This document shows, one piece after another, positions 42,925 to 52,932 of a stretch of 64,000 nt of DNA. Location: NCBI RefSeq assembly GCF_029227855.1, contig NZ_CP074356.1; one strand, written 5' to 3'. A program made the translations under genes and the position numbers. Within the stretch, counting starts at the first letter, position 1; the number at the start of each line of letters is the position of its first letter. This DNA is from Escherichia coli (GTDB lineage: Bacteria; Pseudomonadota; Gammaproteobacteria; Enterobacterales; Enterobacteriaceae). The notes beneath the pieces were generated by a model. That model was not told the DNA's origin and searched no databases. It was given only the letters and a program-made list of their open reading frames with translations.

Positions 42925-43518
42925 TCACTCCTCGAGAATAGTTTTTATCGCTTCCCCCGCCAGTACAGCTGTTGCACAAAGTTGTTCGATGGAGTGCCCC
43001 TCCCGTGCCTTCGCAGAAAGCCCTGACATCACGGTACTCATAAAATCAGTCACACATTGTGCGCTTTGTGGATGCCGCCTGGCGATATAGTCATAAATGG
43101 TCGTTTCTGCGGCGTGATAATATTGAACGGCAATATCACGCGCTTGTGGATCATGACTATGAATACCTTCAAGAACCATACAGCCAGCGCAGCCGCCGTT
43201 TTGGCTATATCTGCGCGCCGCTTCTTTTAATACCTCAACCAGGCACTCGCCTACCGGACGATCATCACGAAGAATATCGGCAAGCGGAATAGCTTCCGTA
43301 CCGACATATTCATTGAGTACACGGCTAAATAAACCAGCTTTACTGCCAAAAGCCGCGTAGAGGCTCGGGGGGTTAATACCAATATAATCAGTAACTTCAG
43401 CAACACTGACAGCATCGAAACCTTTTTGGTGAAAAAGCACTTTTGCCGCAGAGACTGCCTGCTCAGGAGCGAAACGTCTGGGACGACCTGGAACGCGAGA
43501 TTGTTTTTTAGTGACCAT
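42925..43518 (-). CDS. bdcR: TetR-family transcriptional regulator BdcR (YjgJ)
   Basis: 197-aa TetR HTH protein, divergent from bdcA. Confidence 0.88.
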   Translation of the reverse strand: MVTKKQSRVPGRPRRFAPEQAVSAAKVLFHQKGFDAVSVAEVTDYIGINPPSLYAAFGSKAGLFSRVLNEYVGTEAIPLADILRDDRPVGECLVEVLKEAARRYSQNGGCAGCMVLEGIHSHDPQARDIAVQYYHAAETTIYDYIARRHPQSAQCVTDFMSTVMSGLSAKAREGHSIEQLCATAVLAGEAIKTILEE

Positions 43519-43588
43519 TACAAAACTTGTTGACAGAAAGTTAAAACAGTTTTGTAATGCATGTTACATAATAAATCAAGGAGTCCTT

Positions 43589-44302
43589 ATGGGCGCTTTT
43601 ACAGGTAAGACAGTTCTCATCCTCGGTGGCAGCCGTGGAATCGGTGCCGCTATCGTACGTCGTTTCGTCACCGATGGGGCCAATGTACGATTCACCTATG
43701 CGGGGTCGAAAGATGCCGCTGAACACCTGGCACAAGAGACTGGAGCGACAGCAGTATTCACAGATAGTGCTGACAGAGACGCTGTCATTGATGTCGTTCG
43801 TAAGAGTGGCGCATTGGATATTCTGGTAGTAAATGCAGGTATTGGCGTCTTTGGCGATGCCCTGGAATTAAATGCCGACGATATTGATCGCCTTTTCAAA
43901 ATCAATATTCATGCTCCTTATCATGCCTCTGTTGAAGCCGCCCGGCAGATGCCCGAAGGCGGGCGCATCTTAATCATCGGCTCCGTGAATGGCGATCGTA
44001 TGCCTGTTGCAGGCATGGCTGCTTATGCCGCCAGCAAATCTGCCCTGCAAGGCATGGCGCGCGGGCTGGCCCGTGATTTTGGACCGCGTGGGATCACCAT
44101 CAACGTCGTCCAGCCAGGGCCAATTGATACCGATGCTAATCCCGCCAACGGGCCAATGCGCGATATGTTGCATAGTTTTATGGCCATCAAAAGACATGGG
44201 CAACCGGAAGAGGTCGCTGGTATGGTCGCATGGTTAGCAGGGCCAGAAGCCAGTTTTGTTACCGGCGCGATGCATACCATTGATGGCGCGTTTGGCGCAT
44301 AA
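43589..44302 (+). CDS. bdcA: Short-chain dehydrogenase/reductase, c-di-GMP-binding BdcA (YjgI)
   Basis: Start at MGAFTGKTVLILGGSRGIGAAI... (SDR glycine motif) within ORF 43511-44302. Confidence 0.9.
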   Translation: MGAFTGKTVLILGGSRGIGAAIVRRFVTDGANVRFTYAGSKDAAEHLAQETGATAVFTDSADRDAVIDVVRKSGALDILVVNAGIGVFGDALELNADDIDRLFKINIHAPYHASVEAARQMPEGGRILIIGSVNGDRMPVAGMAAYAASKSALQGMARGLARDFGPRGITINVVQPGPIDTDANPANGPMRDMLHSFMAIKRHGQPEEVAGMVAWLAGPEASFVTGAMHTIDGAFGA

Positions 44303-44432
44303 CCGACTACGCTCAATTAAGCCCAGCCATTATCCATGATGTCTGGGTTTTGTTTACTCACGTCGTCCGCTAAAAGCGGCTCCCGGTAAAGAGAAATCTT
44401 CTGTTCATGTCGTAAATCTTGAGGATAACCAA

Positions 44433-44828
44433 ATGGTAGAAAGAACCGCTGTTTTCCCTGCTGGCCGACATTCACTGTATGCTGAGCATCGTTATTCTGC
44501 GGCTATTCGTTCCGGCGATTTGCTGTTTGTTTCCGGGCAAGTAGGAAGTCGAGAGGACGGAACACCAGAACCCGATTTTCAGCAACAAGTCAGACTGGCA
44601 TTTGATAATTTGCATGCGACCCTGGCAGCTGCGGGATGCACTTTTGACGATATCATTGATGTTACGAGCTTCCATACCGATCCAGAAAACCAATTTGAAG
44701 ACATCATGACGGTGAAAAATGAAATATTTAGCGCCCCACCTTATCCAAACTGGACGGCGGTGGGTGTTACATGGCTGGCAGGCTTTGATTTTGAAATTAA
44801 AGTGATAGCGCGCATCCCTGAGCAGTAA
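44433..44828 (+). CDS. yjgH: RidA/YjgF-family protein YjgH
   Basis: 131-aa ORF, conserved position upstream of pyrL. Confidence 0.85.
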   Translation: MVERTAVFPAGRHSLYAEHRYSAAIRSGDLLFVSGQVGSREDGTPEPDFQQQVRLAFDNLHATLAAAGCTFDDIIDVTSFHTDPENQFEDIMTVKNEIFSAPPYPNWTAVGVTWLAGFDFEIKVIARIPEQ

Positions 44829-45108
44829 GCAATAGTGTTAGCCGTTCGCTTTCACACTCCGCCCTATAAGTCGGATGAATGGAATAAAATGCATATCTGA
44901 TTGCGTGAAAGTGAAAAAGGAAAAAGCAGGGAATGTCTGCAATTATTGATACCGAAGGACAGTTCCCCTGCAGAATCACATCAAATAAAAATGCATACAC
45001 CTTGACTTTTAATTCAAATAAACCGTTTGCGCTGACAAAATATTGCATCAAATGCTTGCACCGCTTCTGACGATGAGTATAATGCCGGACAATTTGCCGG
45101 GAGGATGT

Positions 45109-45243
45109 ATGGTTCAGTGTGTTCGACATTTTGTCTTACCGCGTCTGAAAAAAGACGCTGGCCTGCCGTTTTTCTTCCCGTTGATCACCCATTCCCAGCC
45201 CCTCAATCGAGGGGCTTTTTTTTGCCCAGGCGTCAGGAGATAA
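45109..45243 (+). CDS. pyrL: pyrBI operon leader peptide PyrL
   Basis: 44 codons MVQCVRHFVLPRLKKDAGLPFFFPLITHSQPLNRGAFFCPGVRR ending 3 nt before pyrB, overlapping the attenuator. Confidence 0.85.
   Translation: MVQCVRHFVLPRLKKDAGLPFFFPLITHSQPLNRGAFFCPGVRR
45198..45223 (+). terminator. pyrBI transcription attenuator (gcccctcaatcgaggggc + T8)
   Basis: GC hairpin plus TTTTTTTT inside the leader ORF. Confidence 0.85.
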
Positions 45244-45246
45244 AAG

Positions 45247-46182
45247 ATGGCTAATCCGCTATATCAGAAACATATCATTTCCATAAACGACCTTAGTCGC
45301 GATGACCTTAATCTGGTGCTGGCGACAGCGGCGAAACTGAAAGCAAACCCGCAACCAGAGCTGTTGAAGCACAAAGTCATTGCCAGCTGTTTCTTCGAAG
45401 CCTCTACCCGTACCCGCCTCTCTTTCGAAACATCTATGCACCGCCTGGGTGCCAGCGTGGTGGGCTTCTCCGACAGCGCCAATACATCACTGGGTAAAAA
45501 GGGCGAAACGCTGGCCGATACCATTTCGGTTATCAGCACTTACGTCGATGCGATAGTGATGCGTCATCCGCAGGAAGGTGCGGCGCGCCTGGCCACCGAG
45601 TTTTCCGGCAATGTACCGGTACTGAATGCCGGTGATGGCTCCAACCAACATCCGACGCAAACCTTGCTGGACTTATTCACTATTCAGGAAACCCAGGGGC
45701 GTCTGGACAATCTCCACGTCGCAATGGTTGGTGACCTGAAATATGGCCGCACCGTTCACTCCCTGACTCAGGCGTTAGCGAAGTTCGACGGCAACCGTTT
45801 TTACTTCATCGCGCCGGACGCGCTGGCAATGCCGCAATACATTCTGGATATGCTCGATGAAAAAGGGATCGCATGGAGTCTGCACAGCTCTATTGAAGAA
45901 GTGATGGCGGAAGTAGACATCCTGTACATGACCCGCGTGCAAAAAGAGCGTCTGGACCCGTCCGAGTACGCCAACGTGAAAGCGCAGTTTGTTCTTCGCG
46001 CCAGCGATCTCCACAACGCCAAAGCCAATATGAAAGTGCTGCATCCGCTGCCGCGTGTTGATGAGATTGCGACGGATGTTGATAAAACGCCACACGCCTG
46101 GTACTTCCAGCAGGCAGGCAACGGGATTTTCGCTCGCCAGGCGTTACTGGCACTGGTTCTGAATCGCGATCTGGTACTGTAA
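45247..46182 (+). CDS. pyrB: Aspartate carbamoyltransferase catalytic subunit PyrB
   Basis: 311 aa; STRTR and HPLP motifs. Confidence 0.97.
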
Positions 46183-46194
46183 GGGGAAATAGAG

Positions 46195-46656
46195 ATGACA
46201 CACGATAATAAATTGCAGGTTGAAGCTATTAAACGCGGCACGGTAATTGACCATATCCCCGCCCAGATCGGTTTTAAGCTGTTGAGTCTGTTCAAGCTGA
46301 CCGAAACGGATCAGCGCATCACCATCGGTCTGAACTTGCCTTCTGGCGAGATGGGCCGCAAAGATCTGATCAAAATCGAAAATACCTTTTTGAGTGAAGA
46401 TCAGGTAGATCAACTGGCATTGTATGCGCCGCAAGCCACGGTTAACCGTATCGACAACTATGAAGTGGTGGGTAAATCGCGCCCCAGTCTGCCAGAGCGC
46501 ATCGACAACGTGCTGGTCTGCCCGAACAGCAACTGTATCAGCCATGCCGAACCGGTTTCTTCCAGCTTTGCCGTGCGAAAACGCGCCAATGACATCGCGC
46601 TCAAATGCAAATACTGTGAAAAAGAGTTTTCCCATAATGTGGTGCTGGCCAATTAA
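46195..46656 (+). CDS. pyrI: Aspartate carbamoyltransferase regulatory subunit PyrI
   Basis: 153 aa; C-terminal zinc-binding cysteines (CPNSNCISH...CKYCEK). Confidence 0.97.
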
Positions 46657-46674
46657 TTGCGGTTGGTAATAAAA

Positions 46675-46705
46675 GTCTGGCTCCCTATAATGAGCCAGAC
46701 TTTTT
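46675..46705 (+). terminator. Stem-loop terminator after pyrI (gtctggctccctataatgagccagac + TTTTT)
   Basis: Inverted repeat followed by a T-run. Confidence 0.7.
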
Positions 46706-46728
46706 ACCGCTGTAATAAAGGAGAAATC

Positions 46729-47115
46729 ATGAGCAAAACTATCGCGACGGAAAATGCACCGGCAGCTATCGGTCCTTACGTACAGGGCGTTGATCTGGGC
46801 AATATGATCATCACCTCCGGTCAGATCCCGGTAAATCCGAAAACGGGTGAAGTACCGGCAGACGTCGCTGCACAGGCACGTCAGTCGCTGGATAACGTAA
46901 AAGCGATTGTCGAAGCCGCTGGCCTGAAAGTGGGCGATATCGTTAAAACCACCGTGTTTGTGAAAGATCTGAACGACTTCGCTACCGTTAATGCTACCTA
47001 CGAAGCCTTCTTCACCGAACACAACGCCACCTTCCCGGCACGTTCTTGCGTTGAAGTCGCCCGTCTGCCGAAAGACGTGAAGATTGAGATCGAAGCGATC
47101 GCTGTTCGTCGCTAA
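46729..47115 (+). CDS. ridA: Enamine/imine deaminase RidA (YjgF)
   Basis: Start at MSKTIATENAPAAIGPYVQG... within ORF 46657-47115. Confidence 0.93.
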   Translation: MSKTIATENAPAAIGPYVQGVDLGNMIITSGQIPVNPKTGEVPADVAAQARQSLDNVKAIVEAAGLKVGDIVKTTVFVKDLNDFATVNATYEAFFTEHNATFPARSCVEVARLPKDVKIEIEAIAVRR

Positions 47116-47172
47116 TCTTGATGGAAATCCGGGCTATCATGCCCGGATTAAGTCTGATGACAAACGCAAAAT

Positions 47173-47272
47173 CGCCTGATGCGCTACGCTTATCAGGCCT
47201 ACGTGATTCCTGCAATTTATTGAATTTGTTGGCCGGATAAGGCATTTACGCCGCATCCGGCATGAACAAAGC
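47173..47272. repeat. REP elements between ridA and mgtA
   Basis: gcctgatgcgctacgcttatcaggcctacg and ggccggataaggcatttacgccgcatccggca. Confidence 0.7.
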
Positions 47273-47320
47273 TTACTTTGTCTGCAATCTGAATCGGGGC
47301 TATCGTGCCCAGTTTATTCT

Positions 47321-50017
47321 TTACTGCCAGCCGTAACGACGGCTATAAAATCCTTTCACCAACTGAGTTAATGTCATATACCCTGCCAGAATCGCAACCA
47401 GCCACGGGAAATAGCTTAACGGCAGCGCCTGCAGTTGCAGATAACTGGCCAGCGGTGAAAACGGCAATGCGATCCCGACAATCATCACGATCACGGTCAT
47501 GATCATTAACGGCCACGATGCACAGCTCTGAATAAACGGCACACGGCGGGTGCGGATCATATGCACAATCAGCGTTTGCGACAGTAAGCCCACCACAAAC
47601 CATCCCGACTGGAACAGCGTTTGCGTTTCCGGCGTGTTGGCATGGAATACCCACCACATCAGGCAAAACGTCAGAATATCGAAGATCGAGCTGATCGGTC
47701 CGAAGAAGATCATAAAGCGCCCCAGATCCGCCGGATTCCAACGTTGCGGCTTTTGAATTTGCTCGTCGTCGACGTTATCAAACGGGATCGCCACCTGTGA
47801 CACATCGTACAGCAAGTTCTGAATAAGCAAGTGTAACGGCAACATCGGCAGGAAGGGCAAGAAAGCACTCGCCACCAGCACGCTGAACACATTACCGAAG
47901 TTAGAGCTCGCCGTCATTTTGATGTATTTCAGCATGTTGGCGAAAGTGCGACGTCCCTCAATAACCCCCTCTTCCAGCACCATCAGGCTTTTTTCCAGCA
48001 GGATGATATCAGCCGCTTCACGGGCGATATCTACCGCGCCGTCCACAGAAATGCCGATATCCGCAGCGCGTAAGGCGGGCGCATCATTAATACCATCGCC
48101 CATAAAGCCAACCACATGCCCTTCGCGCTTCAGTAAGGTCACAATGCGTTCTTTATGCATCGGCGTCAGGCGGGCAAACAGCGTGGTGCGCTGTGCAAGA
48201 TTTGCCAGTTCGTCGTCAGATAGCGTTTCAATATCACTACCAATGACCACCTCTCCCGCGTCCAGCCCCACTTCATGGCACACTTTCGCTGCAACTAACT
48301 CACTGTCGCCAGTAAGGATTTTTACGGTAATGCCACTCGCTTTTAATGCCTTCAGTGCCGGAGCGGTTGTCTCTTTTGGCGGATCAAGGAAAGCAATATA
48401 TCCTTCGAGGATCAGGTCGGATTCATCCGCCCGCTGGTAATCTCCTTCACGCGCTGGCAGGTATTTCGTCGCCACCGCAACCACGCGCAGCCCCTGACGA
48501 TTAAGCGTATCAGTAACCCGCTTAATCTTACGCAGCATGATGTCATCGAGCGGCACAATCTCGCCATTGTGACGCACCTGCGAACACACATTGAGGATTT
48601 CCTGCAATGCACCTTTGCAAACCAGCTGATGGTGCTCGGTATTTTCTGCCACTACCACCGACATCCGGCGACGCTCGAAATCAAACGGAATCTCATCAAT
48701 TTTTTGCCAACGACTGGCCAGCGAGCGCGCTGACTCTTCATCCGTACCTTCGAGCACCGCTGTATCGAGCAGGTTTTTAAGTCCGGTCTGATAATGACTG
48801 TTCAACCACGCGCTATGCAGCACGCGTTCGCTGGTTTTACCGGAGATATCGGTATGATTCTCCAGCACAATTTTGTCCTGTGTCAGAGTGCCAGTTTTAT
48901 CAGTGCACAGAATATCCATTGCGCCAAAGTTCTGAATAGCATCCAGATGTTTGACGATCACTTTCTGTTTCGACAGCTTTACTGCGCCGCGCGCCAGCGT
49001 CGAGGTAACAATCATCGGCAACATTTCCGGCGTTAAGCCTACCGCGACCGAAAGCGCAAACAGTGCCGCTTCCCACCAGTCGCCTTTGGTGTAACCGTTG
49101 ATAAGCAACACCACCGGAGCCATCACCAGCATAAAGCGAATCAGCAGCATACTGACGCGGCTGATCCCCTGCTGAAAGGCATTCGGCTCGCTTTCCTGCT
49201 CACTAACACGCCCCGCCAGTTGACCAAACCAGGTATTGGCTCCTGTAGCAATCACCATTGCTTGTGCCGTGCCGCTCACCACGGTGGTGCCCATAAAACA
49301 CAGGGTGTCACACTCCAGCGGATTGCTGTGCTCCGGCTGGCGAGTGGTAGCGGCTTTTTCCACGGGCAGAGACTCACCGGTTAACGACGCCTGAGCGACG
49401 AACAGATCCCGCGCCTGCAAGATACGTAAATCTGCCGGGATCATATCCCCCGCCGCCAGTTTTATAATATCGCCGGGCACCAGCTGGTCGATCGGGATCT
49501 CCAGCCAGCCATTTTCGCCTTTGTCGTTAATTACGCGCAGCACCGTCGCGGTATTGCTGACCATCGCTTTCAGGGCATCTGCCGCTTTAGTGGAACGTGC
49601 TTCCTGAATAAAGTTCAGCAACGTAGAAATAGCGACCATTAGCGCGATAACGCCCGCGGCAAATAAATCTTCCGTGGCGTAAGAAATAGCGCCGAGAATG
49701 GTGAGTAAAATATTAAATGGGTTGCGATAGCAGACCCATAAATGTACCCACCACGGCGACGGTTGTTGTGCGGGTAATTTATTTTCACCATGTTGTTCGC
49801 GGGCAGATTCCACTTCCGCCTGATTTAACCCTTCCGGATGGGTGTCGAACGTTTTCCACAATTCTTCTTCGGGCATCACCGCCATTTTCAGGCAATGCGC
49901 ACTTAAGGACGGCGGGACCACCGTATTCACTGTCTGCTGCGCGCCAGGCAATGGATCACGATGAACCAGACGGGAAGGTAAATGGCGAATGAGCCGGGTA
50001 AAGATTTCTTTAAACAT
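47321..50017 (-). CDS. mgtA: Magnesium-importing P-type ATPase MgtA
   Basis: 898 aa; DKTGTLT phosphorylation motif and GDGINDAPAL. Confidence 0.97.
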   Translation of the reverse strand: MFKEIFTRLIRHLPSRLVHRDPLPGAQQTVNTVVPPSLSAHCLKMAVMPEEELWKTFDTHPEGLNQAEVESAREQHGENKLPAQQPSPWWVHLWVCYRNPFNILLTILGAISYATEDLFAAGVIALMVAISTLLNFIQEARSTKAADALKAMVSNTATVLRVINDKGENGWLEIPIDQLVPGDIIKLAAGDMIPADLRILQARDLFVAQASLTGESLPVEKAATTRQPEHSNPLECDTLCFMGTTVVSGTAQAMVIATGANTWFGQLAGRVSEQESEPNAFQQGISRVSMLLIRFMLVMAPVVLLINGYTKGDWWEAALFALSVAVGLTPEMLPMIVTSTLARGAVKLSKQKVIVKHLDAIQNFGAMDILCTDKTGTLTQDKIVLENHTDISGKTSERVLHSAWLNSHYQTGLKNLLDTAVLEGTDEESARSLASRWQKIDEIPFDFERRRMSVVVAENTEHHQLVCKGALQEILNVCSQVRHNGEIVPLDDIMLRKIKRVTDTLNRQGLRVVAVATKYLPAREGDYQRADESDLILEGYIAFLDPPKETTAPALKALKASGITVKILTGDSELVAAKVCHEVGLDAGEVVIGSDIETLSDDELANLAQRTTLFARLTPMHKERIVTLLKREGHVVGFMGDGINDAPALRAADIGISVDGAVDIAREAADIILLEKSLMVLEEGVIEGRRTFANMLKYIKMTASSNFGNVFSVLVASAFLPFLPMLPLHLLIQNLLYDVSQVAIPFDNVDDEQIQKPQRWNPADLGRFMIFFGPISSIFDILTFCLMWWVFHANTPETQTLFQSGWFVVGLLSQTLIVHMIRTRRVPFIQSCASWPLMIMTVIVMIVGIALPFSPLASYLQLQALPLSYFPWLVAILAGYMTLTQLVKGFYSRRYGWQ

Positions 50018-50157
50018 AAGGAGTCCCTCCGCACTGTCTGAAACAGTACAGAAATGTCTTCAGGCGTGGCGAAGCCTTACCTGAAGGTAATAAAGCTGAG
50101 CAGGGACGTTAAAACGTCACGGCCTTACGCATCCGGTAACGCCGTGAAAAGACGGGC
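50018..50157 (-). promoter_or_regulatory. mgtA 5' leader (Mg2+-responsive leader RNA region between mgtL and mgtA)
   Basis: Position between the proline-rich leader peptide and mgtA; the riboswitch function is from established knowledge, not computed here. Confidence 0.5.
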
Positions 50158-50211
50158 TTACCGGAAAAGTTTTAATCTCCGTCGAGGGAGAGGCGTGGGA
50201 TCAGGTTCCAT
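50158..50211 (-). CDS. mgtL: mgtA leader peptide MgtL ([17 protein letters not shown])
   Basis: 17-codon proline-rich ORF read directly from the reverse complement. Confidence 0.85.
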
Positions 50212-50304
50212 ATAACCTCCGGTAAGTGAATAAAGCGCCGCAAATAATAAGGAGAATCCAATAATATTCGTAGCATCTATGGCGATATAATACCTGCTGG
50301 CAAC

Positions 50305-50321
50305 TAAACCAACGATAAACC
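50305..50321 (-). promoter_or_regulatory. PhoP box (GGTTTA-N5-GGTTTA direct repeat) upstream of mgtL-mgtA
   Basis: Reverse complement of aactaaaccaacgataaacc gives GGTTTAtcgttGGTTTA. Confidence 0.65.
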
Positions 50322-50395
50322 AGACTTTACCCATTGCTGAATGCACGGATAAAGTTAGGCTCAAATAATTAAACAACACGTTACAGGACAACAGG

Positions 50396-51343
50396 ATGCA
50401 AAATCGGCTGACCATCAAAGACATCGCACGCTTAAGCGGCGTGGGGAAATCTACAGTTTCCCGGGTGCTGAATAACGAAAGCGGCGTGAGCCAGCGCACC
50501 CGCGAGCGTGTTGAAGCAGTGATGAATCAGCATGGATTTTCCCCTTCCCGCTCTGCGCGCGCTATGCGTGGGCAAAGCGATAAAGTGGTCGCCATCATTG
50601 TTACCCGCCTGGATTCGTTGTCAGAAAATCTCGCCGTTCAAACCATGCTGCCAGCGTTCTATGAACAAGGTTACGACCCAATCATGATGGAAAGTCAGTT
50701 TTCCCCGCAATTAGTTGCCGAACATTTGGGGGTGCTGAAACGGCGTAATATCGACGGCGTAGTGCTGTTCGGTTTTACTGGCATAACAGAAGAAATGTTA
50801 GCCCACTGGCAGTCATCGCTGGTTCTGCTGGCGCGTGACGCAAAAGGTTTTGCTTCGGTCTGTTATGACGACGAAGGGGCAATCAAGATCCTGATGCAAC
50901 GGCTGTATGACCAGGGGCATCGTAATATCAGTTATCTCGGCGTGCCGCATAGTGACGTGACGACCGGGAAGCGACGTCACGAAGCCTACCTGGCGTTCTG
51001 CAAAGCGCATAAACTGCATCCCGTTGCCGCTCTGCCAGGCCTTGCTATGAAGCAAGGCTATGAGAACGTAGCAAAAGTGATTACGCCTGAAACTACCGCC
51101 TTACTGTGCGCAACCGACACGCTGGCACTTGGCGCAAGTAAATACCTGCAAGAGCAACGCATCGACACCTTGCAACTGGCGAGCGTCGGTAATACGCCAT
51201 TAATGAAATTCCTTCATCCGGAGATCGTCACCGTAGATCCTGGTTACGCCGAAGCTGGACGCCAGGCGGCCTGCCAATTGATCGCACAGGTAACCGGGCG
51301 CAGCGAACCGCAACAAATCATCATCCCCGCCACCCTGTCCTGA
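50396..51343 (+). CDS. treR: Trehalose operon repressor TreR (LacI family)
   Basis: 315 aa; LacI-type HTH (TIKDIARLSGVGKSTVSRVLN). Confidence 0.95.
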   Translation: MQNRLTIKDIARLSGVGKSTVSRVLNNESGVSQRTRERVEAVMNQHGFSPSRSARAMRGQSDKVVAIIVTRLDSLSENLAVQTMLPAFYEQGYDPIMMESQFSPQLVAEHLGVLKRRNIDGVVLFGFTGITEEMLAHWQSSLVLLARDAKGFASVCYDDEGAIKILMQRLYDQGHRNISYLGVPHSDVTTGKRRHEAYLAFCKAHKLHPVAALPGLAMKQGYENVAKVITPETTALLCATDTLALGASKYLQEQRIDTLQLASVGNTPLMKFLHPEIVTVDPGYAEAGRQAACQLIAQVTGRSEPQQIIIPATLS

Positions 51344-51461
51344 TCGTTTCCTGAACGATAAATTGTGATCTTCGCTGCGTTTCGGGAACGTTCCCGTTTT
51401 TAAATTTTTCCGCGCAATATATTCTGCAGCCAACCAAAAATGTCATCTGCCATGGGGCTTT

Positions 51462-52883
51462 ATGATGAGCAAAATAAACCAAACGGATATCGATCGGTTG
51501 ATTGAACTGGTCGGCGGGCGCGGCAATATTGCGACGGTGAGCCACTGTATTACTCGCCTGCGCTTTGTCCTCAACCAACCGGCCAATGCCAGACCGAAAG
51601 AAATTGAGCAACTCCCCATGGTGAAAGGCTGTTTCACCAATGCCGGGCAATTTCAGGTGGTGATTGGCACCAACGTGGGTGATTACTATCAAGCACTAAT
51701 AGCGTCAACCGGACAGGCGCAGGTTGATAAAGAGCAGGTAAAAAAAGCCGCCCGGCAGAATATGAAATGGCATGAGCAGTTGATCTCTCATTTCGCGGAG
51801 ATCTTCTTCCCGTTGCTGCCCGCGTTGATTAGCGGCGGTTTGATCCTCGGTTTTCGCAATGTGATCGGCGATTTGCCCATGAGCAACGGTCAGACGCTGG
51901 CGCAAATGTACCCTTCCCTGCAAACGATCTACGATTTTCTGTGGTTGATCGGTGAAGCGATCTTCTTCTACCTGCCGGTCGGTATTTGCTGGTCAGCGGT
52001 GAAAAAAATGGGCGGCACGCCGATCCTTGGTATCGTGCTTGGCGTGACACTGGTTTCTCCCCAGCTGATGAACGCTTATCTGCTCGGGCAGCAGCTGCCG
52101 GAAGTGTGGGACTTTGGCATGTTCAGCATCGCCAAAGTGGGCTATCAGGCACAGGTGATCCCGGCACTGTTAGCCGGGCTGGCACTGGGCGTTATTGAAA
52201 CTCGCCTTAAACGCATCGTACCGGATTACCTCTATCTGGTGGTGGTGCCCGTCTGTTCGCTGATCCTCGCGGTGTTCCTCGCCCATGCGCTGATTGGTCC
52301 GTTTGGTCGCATGATTGGCGATGGCGTTGCCTTTGCGGTACGTCACCTGATGACCGGCAGCTTTGCTCCGATTGGTGCGGCATTGTTTGGCTTCCTGTAC
52401 GCGCCGCTGGTGATCACCGGCGTACACCAGACCACCCTTGCTATTGATTTGCAGATGATTCAAAGCATGGGTGGCACGCCAGTGTGGCCGCTGATTGCGC
52501 TGTCGAATATCGCTCAGGGCTCCGCCGTGATAGGCATTATCATTTCCAGCCGCAAGCACAATGAACGCGAGATCTCCGTGCCTGCCGCTATCTCCGCCTG
52601 GCTTGGGGTCACTGAGCCTGCAATGTACGGCATCAACCTGAAATATCGCTTCCCGATGCTGTGCGCGATGATTGGTTCTGGTCTGGCAGGATTACTATGC
52701 GGCCTGAACGGCGTTATGGCGAATGGTATCGGCGTAGGCGGCCTGCCGGGAATTCTCTCGATTCAACCGAGCTACTGGCAGGTATTTGCGCTGGCAATGG
52801 TTATCGCCATCATCATCCCGATTGTACTCACCTCGTTTATCTATCAGCGGAAATACCGCCTGGGCACGCTGGATATTGTTTAA
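51462..52883 (+). CDS. treB: PTS trehalose-specific EIIBC component TreB
   Basis: 473 aa; EIIB cysteine motif (SHCITRLRF) and EIIC membrane domain. Confidence 0.95.
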   Translation: MMSKINQTDIDRLIELVGGRGNIATVSHCITRLRFVLNQPANARPKEIEQLPMVKGCFTNAGQFQVVIGTNVGDYYQALIASTGQAQVDKEQVKKAARQNMKWHEQLISHFAEIFFPLLPALISGGLILGFRNVIGDLPMSNGQTLAQMYPSLQTIYDFLWLIGEAIFFYLPVGICWSAVKKMGGTPILGIVLGVTLVSPQLMNAYLLGQQLPEVWDFGMFSIAKVGYQAQVIPALLAGLALGVIETRLKRIVPDYLYLVVVPVCSLILAVFLAHALIGPFGRMIGDGVAFAVRHLMTGSFAPIGAALFGFLYAPLVITGVHQTTLAIDLQMIQSMGGTPVWPLIALSNIAQGSAVIGIIISSRKHNEREISVPAAISAWLGVTEPAMYGINLKYRFPMLCAMIGSGLAGLLCGLNGVMANGIGVGGLPGILSIQPSYWQVFALAMVIAIIIPIVLTSFIYQRKYRLGTLDIV

Positions 52884-52932
52884 TTTTCTTCGGGGCGCAA
52901 TTGCGCCCCCTCGCATTTGCAGGAATAACGTA

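Noticed and set aside
43511-43588. Upstream extension of bdcA (MTITKLVDRKLKQF...)
   Set aside because: The extension spans the divergent bdcR-bdcA intergenic promoter region; the conserved start is MGAFTGK, preceded by a ribosome-binding site (aggagtcc).
46144-47022. 292-aa ORF on the minus strand
   Set aside because: Antisense to pyrI and ridA, both confidently identified; no independent start signal or recognisable family.
52786-52932. N-terminal extension of treC
   Set aside because: Overlaps the 3' end of treB; TreC begins at MTNLPHWW (52933).
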